A stretch of 64,000 nt of DNA from an uncultured Marinilabiliaceae bacterium. Its GTDB lineage: Bacteria > Bacteroidota > Bacteroidia > Bacteroidales > Marinilabiliaceae. A program made the position numbers and the translations under genes. The stretch is from assembly GCA_964521525.1 (NCBI GenBank), contig CAZFTD010000001.1, positions 11,630 to 75,629 on the forward strand, given 5' to 3'. Below the pieces are notes generated by a model. That model did not search any database. It saw nothing but the letters and a program-made list of their open reading frames with translations, and had not been told where the DNA came from. Below are positions 39,060 through 48,399 of this stretch, piece by piece (the first letter of the stretch is position 1; each line of letters opens with the position of its first letter).

Positions 39060-39475
39060 ATAAAAGCAATAATATTTTACCTCAATTTAGTACAGAACAT
39101 TCGGCCGGAGTTGATTTACGTGCATTTTTGAATGAGCCTATCGTAATAAAACCGTTTCAGCGTGTTTTAGTGCCTACCGGTTTATATATTGAAATTCCTC
39201 ACGGATACGAAGCTCAAATTAGACCTCGTAGTGGATTGGCCATTAATCATGGTATTTCTGTTTTAAATTCTCCAGGAACCATTGATTCAGATTATAGGGG
39301 AGAGGTAAAAGTTATTTTAATTAATCTTTCTGATTCCGATTTTGTTATAGGAGATGGAGACAGGATTTGTCAGATGGTTATTAATAAATATGAACGATTT
39401 GAATGGAGTTTAGTTGAAAAACTATCTGATACCGAGCGTGGTGCCGGTGGTTTTGGTCATACGGGTAAGTTGTAG
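39038..39475 (+). CDS. dut: dUTP diphosphatase
   Basis: [39 protein letters not shown]. Confidence 0.95.
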   Translation: MVEIKVINKSNNILPQFSTEHSAGVDLRAFLNEPIVIKPFQRVLVPTGLYIEIPHGYEAQIRPRSGLAINHGISVLNSPGTIDSDYRGEVKVILINLSDSDFVIGDGDRICQMVINKYERFEWSLVEKLSDTERGAGGFGHTGKL

Positions 39476-39506
39476 GAAGTAATTTTTTTATTTTTAATTT
39501 TTAAGG

Positions 39507-41285
39507 ATGAATAAGAATAGCATTTTATATTACCTCATTTTCTTAAGTATAGGTATACTTTCTGGTTGTAAATCAACTAATAATGTAACGTCATTTGAGA
39601 ACATATTGTATCCCAATGGGCGTTTTTTTATAGTTAAACCAGTTGATGAAGCAACAACCAAACGATTTGAATATTTTTTACTTGAAGCCAGCAGGTTTAA
39701 AATGTTGGGTGATTTTAATAAAGCCGTGTTATATTATAAAGAAGCTATTGGTGTTGATACAACTTGTGCCACATGTTATTTTGAGTTGGCGCAGTTAATA
39801 TTTCAAAGTGGCGATTCAAAAAATGCTGAATCTTTGGCTTTTAAAGCAGTTCAGTTAGACCCTTCAAACGAATGGTTTTTATCTTTATTGTCAAAAATTT
39901 ATCATAACAATAAAAAGCCAGAATTGGCTTTGCAGGCATCTAAATTTTTGGTAAAACAAAAACCAAATAACGTTGAATACATTTATAATTTGGCACAATT
40001 TCAATATTCATTAGGTCAGTACAAAGAAGCTATAGAATCACTTAATAAAATAGAAAAATTACTTGGTAAAAACGAATTTTTAAGTCTTGAAAAGCATAGT
40101 GTTCATATACAAAATAAAGATTTTAAAAGTGCAGAAAAAGAGCTTCGTTCATTGATAAATGCTTTCCCAGCTAATCTTGATTATAGAGTTTATTTGGGCG
40201 ATTTTTTTACTCAACGGCGTAAATTAAAAGAAGCCTACGAGCAATATAACATCGTCATTAAAGGCGATCCTAATAATAGCATGGCCTATTTTAGTCTTGC
40301 CAATTACTATTTATTAATCAATGATATTCCAAATTTTAAATCTTCTTTTCAAAAGGGGTTCGGCAGTTCAGGAGGCGAATTTGAAGCTAAATTTCAACGC
40401 TTAATGCCTTTTTTAATGAATATGGATGATACCGGAAATCCACTTAATGACTCTGATTTTGAATCTATTTTTCAAACTTTTATTGCAACACACCCTCACG
40501 AAAGTAAAGTATATTTATTGTATGCCAATTATTTATCTCATAAAGGAAAGGTAAATGAGGCATTGTTGGCATACGAGAATTCGTTATTATTAGATGAAAA
40601 ACAAGAAGATGTTTGGCAGGATTTCTTATTTCAATCATTAAATAATCATGAAAAAGAAGTTTTTTTAACTCATTGTCAAAACGGTGTAAAAGCTTTTCCT
40701 GAAAACCCAATTATTCACTATTTAACCGGAATAGCTTATTCTTTTAACAACAATAGAAATAAAGCTATTTTTCACCTTAATGAAGTAATAAAGTATAGTA
40801 AAGATAATATACGTTTAGAAGCTCAAACATATGGCTTTTTAGGCGATTTGTATTATCAGGAAGGAGATAGGGATAAAAGCTTTGAAAGCTACCAAAAATC
40901 AATTGATTTAGACGATAAACAAGTTGGCATTCTTAATAATTACGCATACTATTTAAGCGTTGAAGAGATTAATTTAGATAAAGCAGAGCGTATGATATCA
41001 AAAGTAATTGAGCTTGAACCTCGCAATGCAACTTATCTCGATACCTATGCCTGGGTTTTATTTAAACGTGAAAGGTATTTTGAAGCACTTTTTATAATTG
41101 AACAAGCCATTACTTACGGAGGCGATAAAAATGGAGTAATTCTTGAACATTACGGCGATATTCTTTACAAAAACGGTAATGTTGAAAAAGCTGTTGAATT
41201 TTGGATAAAAGCTTCTGAAACAAATGATGAAGATTTATCTGAGAATTTAAATAGAAAAATTAAAGAGCAACGTTTCATTAAATAG
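39507..41285 (+). CDS. TPR-repeat lipoprotein
   Basis: Lipobox ILSGC followed by multiple TPR-like repeats. Confidence 0.8.
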   Translation: MNKNSILYYLIFLSIGILSGCKSTNNVTSFENILYPNGRFFIVKPVDEATTKRFEYFLLEASRFKMLGDFNKAVLYYKEAIGVDTTCATCYFELAQLIFQSGDSKNAESLAFKAVQLDPSNEWFLSLLSKIYHNNKKPELALQASKFLVKQKPNNVEYIYNLAQFQYSLGQYKEAIESLNKIEKLLGKNEFLSLEKHSVHIQNKDFKSAEKELRSLINAFPANLDYRVYLGDFFTQRRKLKEAYEQYNIVIKGDPNNSMAYFSLANYYLLINDIPNFKSSFQKGFGSSGGEFEAKFQRLMPFLMNMDDTGNPLNDSDFESIFQTFIATHPHESKVYLLYANYLSHKGKVNEALLAYENSLLLDEKQEDVWQDFLFQSLNNHEKEVFLTHCQNGVKAFPENPIIHYLTGIAYSFNNNRNKAIFHLNEVIKYSKDNIRLEAQTYGFLGDLYYQEGDRDKSFESYQKSIDLDDKQVGILNNYAYYLSVEEINLDKAERMISKVIELEPRNATYLDTYAWVLFKRERYFEALFIIEQAITYGGDKNGVILEHYGDILYKNGNVEKAVEFWIKASETNDEDLSENLNRKIKEQRFIK

Positions 41286-41290
41286 CAAGG

Positions 41291-41400
41291 ATGAAACGAG
41301 TTATGAGAATGAGTTTTCACAACGGAGTATTACTATTGTAGCGAGTTCTCCCGATTAATCGGGACTGGCTATATGGCCGTTAAAAATCAAATTATAAACA
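41291..41400 (+). repeat. Single short unit of the ATGAAACGAG/CGAGTTC repeat (locus B)
   Basis: ATGAAACGAG at 41291. GCGAGTTCTCCCGATTAATCGGGAC at 41341-41365, with the palindrome TCCCGATTAATCGGGA at 41349-41364. The 3' end AAAAATCAAATTATAAACA resembles 46548-46569. Confidence 0.75.
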
Positions 41401-41401
41401 G

Positions 41402-42238
41402 ATGAATAATTGGTTTAAAGTTCTGATACATATTTTGTTATTTATCACTTTTTTATTTAGTTCTTGTAAAAGCAAGGATAAATTGCTTCGCTATGAAACC
41501 ATCAAATCAATTGATGAGGATGTGTTGGTGAATAATATTTTGGTGAATGAACTAAATTATAATGCTCTTTATTTTAAGCGATTAACTATTGATTTTGATG
41601 AGAATGGAAATTCCCGATCTGTTAGGGCTAGTATGTATATTAAAAGGGATTCTTCTATTATTATTTCTATAGTGCCTTTAATGGGTATTGAGATTTTCAG
41701 AGTTTCACTCAGTAAAAGCGAGATTAAGGTTATAGATCGTCTTAATCGGAAGGTTATGGTTTCTGATTACAAAAAATTATCAGAACGTTTTTTTGTTGAA
41801 ATTAACTATAATATTATTGAGGGATTATTAACCAATTCTCTTTTTTCTTATCCAAACTATAATCCTGAGTTGATAAAGGATTACGCTGCATATCATCAAG
41901 ATTCTTTTTATTCACTCCGTTCGATTAATATGCTTCAATACGAGCGGTTATCAAAACGGAATTCTGATTTATTTCTTCATCAGGTAAATATATTACCAGG
42001 TATTTATAAAATTAATGAAAACCGAATTACTAAAACATTGAATCAGATGTTGTTTGTTACTGAATATAAAAATTTTAGTACTTTGGGGAATACACAATTT
42101 CCTTATTCTGTTAATATAAGTGCAAAACAGGGAAACAATAACTTTAAACTTAATTTTACTTTTTCCGATATTGAGGTTGATGGTTCCAATTCACTGAATT
42201 TCAGAATTCCAGATAAATATGAAATTGTATCTTTCTAA
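41402..42238 (+). CDS. DUF4292-like (LolB-fold) lipoprotein
   Basis: Lipobox FSSC. Conserved position between the TPR lipoprotein and the M23 peptidase. The family assignment is from memory. Confidence 0.5.
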   Translation: MNNWFKVLIHILLFITFLFSSCKSKDKLLRYETIKSIDEDVLVNNILVNELNYNALYFKRLTIDFDENGNSRSVRASMYIKRDSSIIISIVPLMGIEIFRVSLSKSEIKVIDRLNRKVMVSDYKKLSERFFVEINYNIIEGLLTNSLFSYPNYNPELIKDYAAYHQDSFYSLRSINMLQYERLSKRNSDLFLHQVNILPGIYKINENRITKTLNQMLFVTEYKNFSTLGNTQFPYSVNISAKQGNNNFKLNFTFSDIEVDGSNSLNFRIPDKYEIVSF

Positions 42239-43382
42239 ATATTTGATAGTATTATTTATCTTGTGCATAACGAGTTCTGTTCAACCTCAGAATGTTGATA
42301 ATTTACGTTCTGAAAGGGAACTTCTGTTAAAAGAAATTGAATCAACCAATAAATTATTACAATCCAAGCGACAGTCACGTGAAGCAACATTTCAGCAAAT
42401 CAATATTTTAAACAAAGAAATTGCTGTAAGAGAGCGATTAATCGATAACTTCAAAATTGAAATTGAAGCGCTTGAGAATAGAATAGAAACCAATCAGTTG
42501 GTTATTAATCAGCTTGAAGCTGATATAAAATCAAGCAAGGATGAATATAGTAAATTAATTCGTGATTCATATAGGCGCCGGAATTCGCTTGATGAACTTG
42601 TTTTTTTTCTGAGCGCTTCAGGATTTTCCGATGCTTATAATCGGTATCGGTTGGTTAAAGAATATTCAAGATACAGAAAAAATCAGGTTCAAAATTTAAT
42701 TGATAATCAGGTTCGGTTAAAAGCCTATTTAACCGAAGTTCAATCACAAATGGAGCAAAAAGAAAATGCTCTTAAACAACAGGAAAAGGAATATAGTCAA
42801 CTTAACAATAATCAACAGCAAAAGAAACTGTTAATAACTGAATTACAAAAGGAGGAAAAGTGGCTTCTATCAACAATTAAGGATAAAGAAAAGAAGGCCA
42901 AGGAGCTTGAGAATCGCATACTGGAAATAATTCGTGCAGCTCGTACATCATCAACAACATCGGTTACTGGTAACGATTTTAATAGGTTCATGGGAAAGTT
43001 AATTTGGCCTGTGCATAAAGGTGTTATTGTAAGCAAGTTCGGCGAGCATGAGCATCCTGTACTTAAAAATGTGTTGGTTAAGAATAATGGCATCGACATT
43101 CAAACCATTGGAAGTGAAGATGTTTTAGCTGTTCATCCGGGTGAAGTAAGTCGGGTAATTAGTATTCCGGGTTATAATAATGCGGTTATAATACGGCATG
43201 GAACCTTTTTAACCGTTTACGCCAATTTAAAGGATGTTATGGTTAAACAAGGTCAAAAAGTTAGTTCAGGGGAGTTTTTAGGTAAAGTATTTAAAGAAAG
43301 TAATGATGCTGGAGGCATTCTTCATTTTGAAATTTGGAACGAAAACCAAAAGCTTGATCCATCAAAATGGTTGTTACCCTGA
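42219..43382 (+). CDS. EnvC-like murein hydrolase activator / M23 peptidase
   Basis: Signal peptide, a long coiled coil, and a C-terminal M23 domain (NNGIDIQT...AVHPGEVS...IIRHG...HFEIW). Confidence 0.88.
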   Translation: MKLYLSKYLIVLFILCITSSVQPQNVDNLRSERELLLKEIESTNKLLQSKRQSREATFQQINILNKEIAVRERLIDNFKIEIEALENRIETNQLVINQLEADIKSSKDEYSKLIRDSYRRRNSLDELVFFLSASGFSDAYNRYRLVKEYSRYRKNQVQNLIDNQVRLKAYLTEVQSQMEQKENALKQQEKEYSQLNNNQQQKKLLITELQKEEKWLLSTIKDKEKKAKELENRILEIIRAARTSSTTSVTGNDFNRFMGKLIWPVHKGVIVSKFGEHEHPVLKNVLVKNNGIDIQTIGSEDVLAVHPGEVSRVISIPGYNNAVIIRHGTFLTVYANLKDVMVKQGQKVSSGEFLGKVFKESNDAGGILHFEIWNENQKLDPSKWLLP

Positions 43383-43497
43383 AAAATAATTGTTAAATTA
43401 GGAAACTCTTTTTGTGTTTTTTAGTATAAGTGTTTTAGTCAGGAACAATATTGAATTAGTATCCTGCTAATCTTATAAATATTGAAAAGTGGATAGA

Positions 43498-43884
43498 ATG
43501 GTTATTAAATCTGAAATACAAAATATTAATCTCGTTGAGAGATTAATTGATGATTTATCTGTTAAATATCAAATTCATTCAGATGTTTATGGAAAGCTTC
43601 TACTTGCTGTGGTTGAGGGAGTTAATAACGCTATTGTACACGGAAATAAACTCGAAAAGGATAAGGATGTAGTTGTTGAGTATGCGGTATCTGATAAACA
43701 GATAGAATTTTTTATAAGTGATTGTGGTAATGGTTTTGATTATAAGAACCTGCCTGATCCTACCAAACCAGAAAATATTGAAAGAACACACGGTCGTGGT
43801 ATATTTCTAATGAACCATTTAGCCGATGAGTTAGAGTTTAATGATACAGGTAATAAAGTAAAAATGGTATTTTATCTGGCGTAA
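43498..43884 (+). CDS. RsbW/SpoIIAB-like GHKL ATP-binding protein (putative anti-sigma-type Ser kinase)
   Basis: LAVVEGVNNAIVHGN (N-box), DCGNGFD, HGRGIFLM. A GTG at 43489 is an alternative start. Confidence 0.65.
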   Translation: MVIKSEIQNINLVERLIDDLSVKYQIHSDVYGKLLLAVVEGVNNAIVHGNKLEKDKDVVVEYAVSDKQIEFFISDCGNGFDYKNLPDPTKPENIERTHGRGIFLMNHLADELEFNDTGNKVKMVFYLA

Positions 43885-43886
43885 TT

Positions 43887-44345
43887 GTGAATATTCTATA
43901 TTACTCCCAAGACATTGATTTTCCTTCAATTAATAAATTAGTTATCACCCAATGGGTAGAAAATGTTATTTGTCATTATAAACAAAAAGGAGGTAATATA
44001 AACTTTATTTTTTGTAACGATAATTATATACTCGATATTAACAAGAAATTTCTGAATCACGATTATTATACCGATATTATTACTTTTAATTATTCTAACT
44101 CTAAGCAAATCTCCGGTGACTTGTTTATAAGTCTTGATACTGTTCTTTCAAATTCAGAAAAATTTAAATCTTCTTTTTTTACCGAATTGCACAGGGTAAT
44201 GATTCATGGTGTTCTGCATCTATTAGGTTTTAACGATAAATCTAAAGAAGAAGAATTATCAATGAGGGAAAATGAAGATTATTGTTTAAAGCTTCTGGAT
44301 GAAGTTTTGAACGATAAAGAAAATAATTGTTTATTAGCTACTTAG
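43887..44345 (+). CDS. ybeY: rRNA maturation endoribonuclease YbeY
   Basis: HRVMIHGVLHLLGFND zinc motif. GTG start. Confidence 0.9.
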   Translation: MNILYYSQDIDFPSINKLVITQWVENVICHYKQKGGNINFIFCNDNYILDINKKFLNHDYYTDIITFNYSNSKQISGDLFISLDTVLSNSEKFKSSFFTELHRVMIHGVLHLLGFNDKSKEEELSMRENEDYCLKLLDEVLNDKENNCLLAT

Positions 44346-44512
44346 ATTACCAAACTCTTATAGGTTACTTTTTCTTCATGGTTATATTACGCATAAGTTG
44401 AATATTAAGCCCACGTGCCTTTAATTATGTTTAATAAACCAATATAATTATTGCTTGTTTTATTAGTGTTTTTATTTCTTCTTTTTATTTTTGCTGTTTA
44501 TTATTATTTGCG

Positions 44513-46390
44513 ATGAAATTTGTTTACGATATTATTGTTGTTGGGGGAGGTCATGCTGGTTGTGAAGCTGCATCGGCTGCGGGGAATTTAGGGCTTAAAG
44601 TTCTTTTAATTACCATGGATTTAAACAAACTTGCTCAAATGAGTTGTAATCCTGCAGTTGGAGGAATTGCTAAAGGCCAAATTGTTCGTGAAATTGACGC
44701 TTTAGGTGGATATATGGGCATTGTTACCGATGCAGCCTCCATACAATTTCGAATGCTTAATCGGTCAAAAGGTCCTGCCATGTGGAGTCCCAGGTCGCAA
44801 TGCGACAGGATGGTCTTTTCAAATAAATGGCGGCAAGTACTTGAAGATAATCCGAATGTTTCTTTTTGGCAAGACTCAGTAGTTGATTTGGTGTTAAATA
44901 ACAATACGGTTACCGGAGTAATTACAAAAATGGGGGTAACCTTTTCTTCAAAAGCAGTTGTTCTTACTACAGGTACTTTTCTAAATGGCTTAATGCATAT
45001 TGGCTCTGTTAAAATGGAAGGGGGGCGTATTTCTGAACAGGCATCCTATGGAATTACCGAAAAGTTGTTTAAAGCCGGCTTTAATACCGGCCGAATGAAA
45101 ACTGGAACTCCCGTTAGAATTGATGCTCGTACTATTAACTTTTCTGTGTTAACAGAACAGGCAGGAGAGGATGGTTTTCATAAATTCAGCTATTTGAATG
45201 TGAGTAACAAGGTACTTAAACAAAGAAGCTGCTACATAACTTATACTAATAATTTGGTTCATGAAGCTATTCAAGAAGGGCTAAGTGAAAGCCCAATGTA
45301 TAATGGAACCATTCAAAGTTTAGGGCCAAGGTATTGCCCAAGCATCGAAACTAAAATCGTAACCTTTTCTGATAAGGACAAGCATCAATTATATTTGGAA
45401 CCGGAAGGTGAAACCACCATCGAATATTATCTTAACGGTTTTAGCAGTTCGTTACCTTTAAAAATTCAACTTGATGCGCTTAAACATATTCCAGGACTTG
45501 AGAATGCCTCTATTTTCCGACCGGGCTATGCTATTGAGTATGACTTCTTCGATCCAACTCAGCTTAACCACACACTTGAAACTAAGTTGATATCAGGGTT
45601 GTATTTTGCCGGGCAAATTAATGGAACCACAGGATACGAAGAAGCCGGTGCTCAAGGTTTAATGGCCGGCATTAATGCAGCATTAAAAATTAAAGGGCAT
45701 AATCCTTTTGTTTTAAACAGAGATGAAGCTTACATTGGTGTATTAATTGATGATTTAGTTACAAAAGGCGTTGATGAACCCTATCGCATGTTTACCAGTA
45801 GGGCCGAATACAGGATTTTATTACGTCAGGATGATGCCGACCAACGTTTAACACCTAAAGGTTTTTCTATTGGATTGGCATCAAAGAGTCGCATGGATTA
45901 TTTAGAACAAAAAATTCAATTGCGCGATGAACTTATCGCTTTTCTTAAAACTAAGAGTGTTAAAAAGGAAGAGTTGAATCCGTTACTTATGGCCAAAGGA
46001 ACCACCCCTTTAACGCAAGGCATTAAATTGTTTGATGTTGTAACACGTCCACAAATTACCCTAATTGATTTAATCGATTTTTATAAACCACTGTATACGT
46101 ATTGTAACATTTTGCCCGATGATAGGAGGGAGGAGATAATTGAGTCAGCTGAAATATTAATTAAGTATGACGGCTATATTGAAAGGGAGCGATTAATGGC
46201 CGATAAACTGAAGCGACTTGAGAATATAAAAATTAAAGGAAAATTCGATTATAAAAGCATACACACCATTTCTACTGAAGGACGGCAAAAACTAGAGAAA
46301 ATTGATCCTGAAACAATTGGTCAAGCCTCACGGATAAGTGGCGTTAGCCCTAGTGACATTAATGTGCTTTTGGTATTATTAGGTCGGTAG
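44513..46390 (+). CDS. mnmG: tRNA uridine 5-carboxymethylaminomethyl modification enzyme MnmG
   Basis: [41 protein letters not shown]. Confidence 0.97.
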   Translation: MKFVYDIIVVGGGHAGCEAASAAGNLGLKVLLITMDLNKLAQMSCNPAVGGIAKGQIVREIDALGGYMGIVTDAASIQFRMLNRSKGPAMWSPRSQCDRMVFSNKWRQVLEDNPNVSFWQDSVVDLVLNNNTVTGVITKMGVTFSSKAVVLTTGTFLNGLMHIGSVKMEGGRISEQASYGITEKLFKAGFNTGRMKTGTPVRIDARTINFSVLTEQAGEDGFHKFSYLNVSNKVLKQRSCYITYTNNLVHEAIQEGLSESPMYNGTIQSLGPRYCPSIETKIVTFSDKDKHQLYLEPEGETTIEYYLNGFSSSLPLKIQLDALKHIPGLENASIFRPGYAIEYDFFDPTQLNHTLETKLISGLYFAGQINGTTGYEEAGAQGLMAGINAALKIKGHNPFVLNRDEAYIGVLIDDLVTKGVDEPYRMFTSRAEYRILLRQDDADQRLTPKGFSIGLASKSRMDYLEQKIQLRDELIAFLKTKSVKKEELNPLLMAKGTTPLTQGIKLFDVVTRPQITLIDLIDFYKPLYTYCNILPDDRREEIIESAEILIKYDGYIERERLMADKLKRLENIKIKGKFDYKSIHTISTEGRQKLEKIDPETIGQASRISGVSPSDINVLLVLLGR

Positions 46391-46406
46391 TGTTCCACGT
46401 GGAACA
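46391..46406. promoter_or_regulatory. 16-bp perfect palindrome TGTTCCACGTGGAACA directly after the mnmG stop codon
   Basis: Read directly from the sequence. It differs from 31645-31660 only at the symmetric positions 5 and 12. Confidence 0.35.
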
Positions 46407-46434
46407 AGGTTGATGGCAACTTAATTTGGCGAAT

Positions 46435-46745
46435 ATGAAACGAGTCTTCAGTACGAGTTCTCATAAAGACGATACACTGAGTTTAGTCGAAATGAGCATA
46501 ACTAATATAACGAGTTCACCCGGTAAGACAGGACAGGCAATGCGATGGTTAATAATCAAATTATAAACACATGAAACGAACATGTTTGCGAAAAAAACAC
46601 AACTAGTCCCGACTTTTTTGGGGAAACAGCAATGAATTGAAAATCGGCGGAGCCAAAATAGCAAACATGGAGTTGCCCCGATAACTTGGGGCAACCTGTT
46701 CCGGAGTGCGGAAAGCAATCTGACCTTAAACTATAAATTATTTAC
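46435..46745 (+). repeat. Two tandem units of the ATGAAACGAG/CGAGTTC repeat (locus C: unit 1 at 46435-46569, unit 2 at 46571-46745)
   Basis: Boxes at 46435 and 46571. Hairpins GTTGCCCCGATAACTTGGGGCAAC (46672-46695) and TTCCGGAGTGCGGAA (46699-46713). Unit 1 contains an intact 43-codon ORF (46435-46566). Confidence 0.75.
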
Positions 46746-46747
46746 GG

Positions 46748-48391
46748 ATGAATAGCTATTCAATTAAAGGGAATGTTGTTGATGTTTTTAACCGCAATAT
46801 CTATAAGGGAGAGGTTTTTGTAGAACAAGGAAAGATTGTTCGAATAAAAGAAAACAGTTCTGTTCCCGATGTATTTATTCTCCCAGGTTTAATCGATGCG
46901 CATGTTCATATTGAAAGTTCCATGCTCATCCCATCGCGTTTTGCCCAGATGGTTGTTCCACATGGAACAATTGGAGTTGTTTCAGATCCGCACGAAATTG
47001 CCAATGTGTTAGGAGAGGAGGGGGTACTCTTTATGATTGAGGATGGCAAATCGGTGCCTTTTAAGTTCTTCTTTGGTGCGCCTTCATGTGTTCCGGCAAC
47101 ATCGTTCGAAGCTTCAGGCGCTGAACTGGATTCTGCCGCTGTTGAGAAACTTCTGAACAATCCCGACATCTATTTTTTGTCGGAAATGATGAATTTTCCC
47201 GGTGTAATTCATAACGACTCTGGTGTGATTGGTAAAATTGAAGTGGCAAAAGCACTCAATAAGAAAATTGATGGACATGCGCCCGGACTATCAGGAGAGG
47301 CGCTAATGAGGTATGTTGCCGCTGGCATAGAAACCGACCATGAGTGTGCAACACTTGCCGAGGCTCAGGAGAAAATTGCCCTTGGCATGAAAATCCAAAT
47401 CCGTGAGGGAAGTGCAGCCCGAAACTTTAAAGCCCTGGCCCCGCTGTTACCGCTCTCACCAAATTCGGTAATGCTTTGTACCGACGACAGTCATCCCGAT
47501 GAAATTTTAAACCACGGGCATATTAACCGAATCATTCGGTTGGGTTTAAAGATGGGTTATAATCTTTTTGATTTGTTGCAAGCGTGTACCATTAACCCGG
47601 CGCTTCATTATAACCTGCCAGTTGGATTGTTGCGGGTGGGCGATGCGGCTGATTTTATAGTTGTAGATAGTTTTGAGCATTTCAATGTTCAGCAAACATA
47701 TATTAATGGAGTTTGTGTCTTTGACGTCGGCCAGGGAGTTCTTTTTCCTCTTCGTCCGGTTACTGCCATAAATAAATTTCGAACCGAAGAAATATTCGAA
47801 GGGCAATTAAAAGTTGTTATGCCTGAAAATAAATCGAAGGTTAAAACAATTGTGGTTGAAGACGGAGAGCTTCTGACAGGCTCCGATGGTTATGAGCCGA
47901 AATTGGCAACTAATAGAGAAGTGCAGTCTGACACCAATGCTGATGTGTTAAAGTTGGTGGTGGTTAACCGTTATAACAATACTCCTCCAAGTGTTGGCTT
48001 TGTGAAAAACATAGGGTTAAAACAGGGTGCACTTGCCAGCTCGGTGGCTCACGATAGTCATAATATTGTTGCTGTGGGTACTGATGATCAAGCGTTGCTA
48101 AAGGCTATTAATGCTTTGATTAATACAAATGGCGGAATAGTGGCGGTTAACAATTCCTCTGTTGATGTTCTGGAGTTGCCCGTGGCTGGCATAATGAGCC
48201 TTGACGATGGAGAAACAGTAGCCAAACAATATCAAAATCTGAACAAAATTGCACATTCACTTGGCACTCCGCTTAAAGCTCCATTTATGACATTGAGCTT
48301 TTTGTCCCTTTTAGTCATACCATCTCTTAAGTTGGGCGACAGAGGTTTGTTTGACGTGAATTCATTCTCCTTTACCTCGTTGTTCGAATAA
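46748..48391 (+). CDS. ade: Adenine deaminase
   Basis: PGLIDAHVHIESSM, SDPHEIANV, DGHAPG, TDHE. About 547 aa. Confidence 0.9.
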   Translation: MNSYSIKGNVVDVFNRNIYKGEVFVEQGKIVRIKENSSVPDVFILPGLIDAHVHIESSMLIPSRFAQMVVPHGTIGVVSDPHEIANVLGEEGVLFMIEDGKSVPFKFFFGAPSCVPATSFEASGAELDSAAVEKLLNNPDIYFLSEMMNFPGVIHNDSGVIGKIEVAKALNKKIDGHAPGLSGEALMRYVAAGIETDHECATLAEAQEKIALGMKIQIREGSAARNFKALAPLLPLSPNSVMLCTDDSHPDEILNHGHINRIIRLGLKMGYNLFDLLQACTINPALHYNLPVGLLRVGDAADFIVVDSFEHFNVQQTYINGVCVFDVGQGVLFPLRPVTAINKFRTEEIFEGQLKVVMPENKSKVKTIVVEDGELLTGSDGYEPKLATNREVQSDTNADVLKLVVVNRYNNTPPSVGFVKNIGLKQGALASSVAHDSHNIVAVGTDDQALLKAINALINTNGGIVAVNNSSVDVLELPVAGIMSLDDGETVAKQYQNLNKIAHSLGTPLKAPFMTLSFLSLLVIPSLKLGDRGLFDVNSFSFTSLFE

Positions 48392-48399
48392 ATTCGTTT

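Noticed and set aside
46391-46747. Purine riboswitch upstream of the adenine deaminase gene.
   Set aside because: I could not find the conserved purine-riboswitch junction and loop core. The same sequence family also sits upstream of unrelated genes (an MCP, an envelope lipoprotein, a nuclease), so it is a dispersed repeat rather than a ligand-specific leader.
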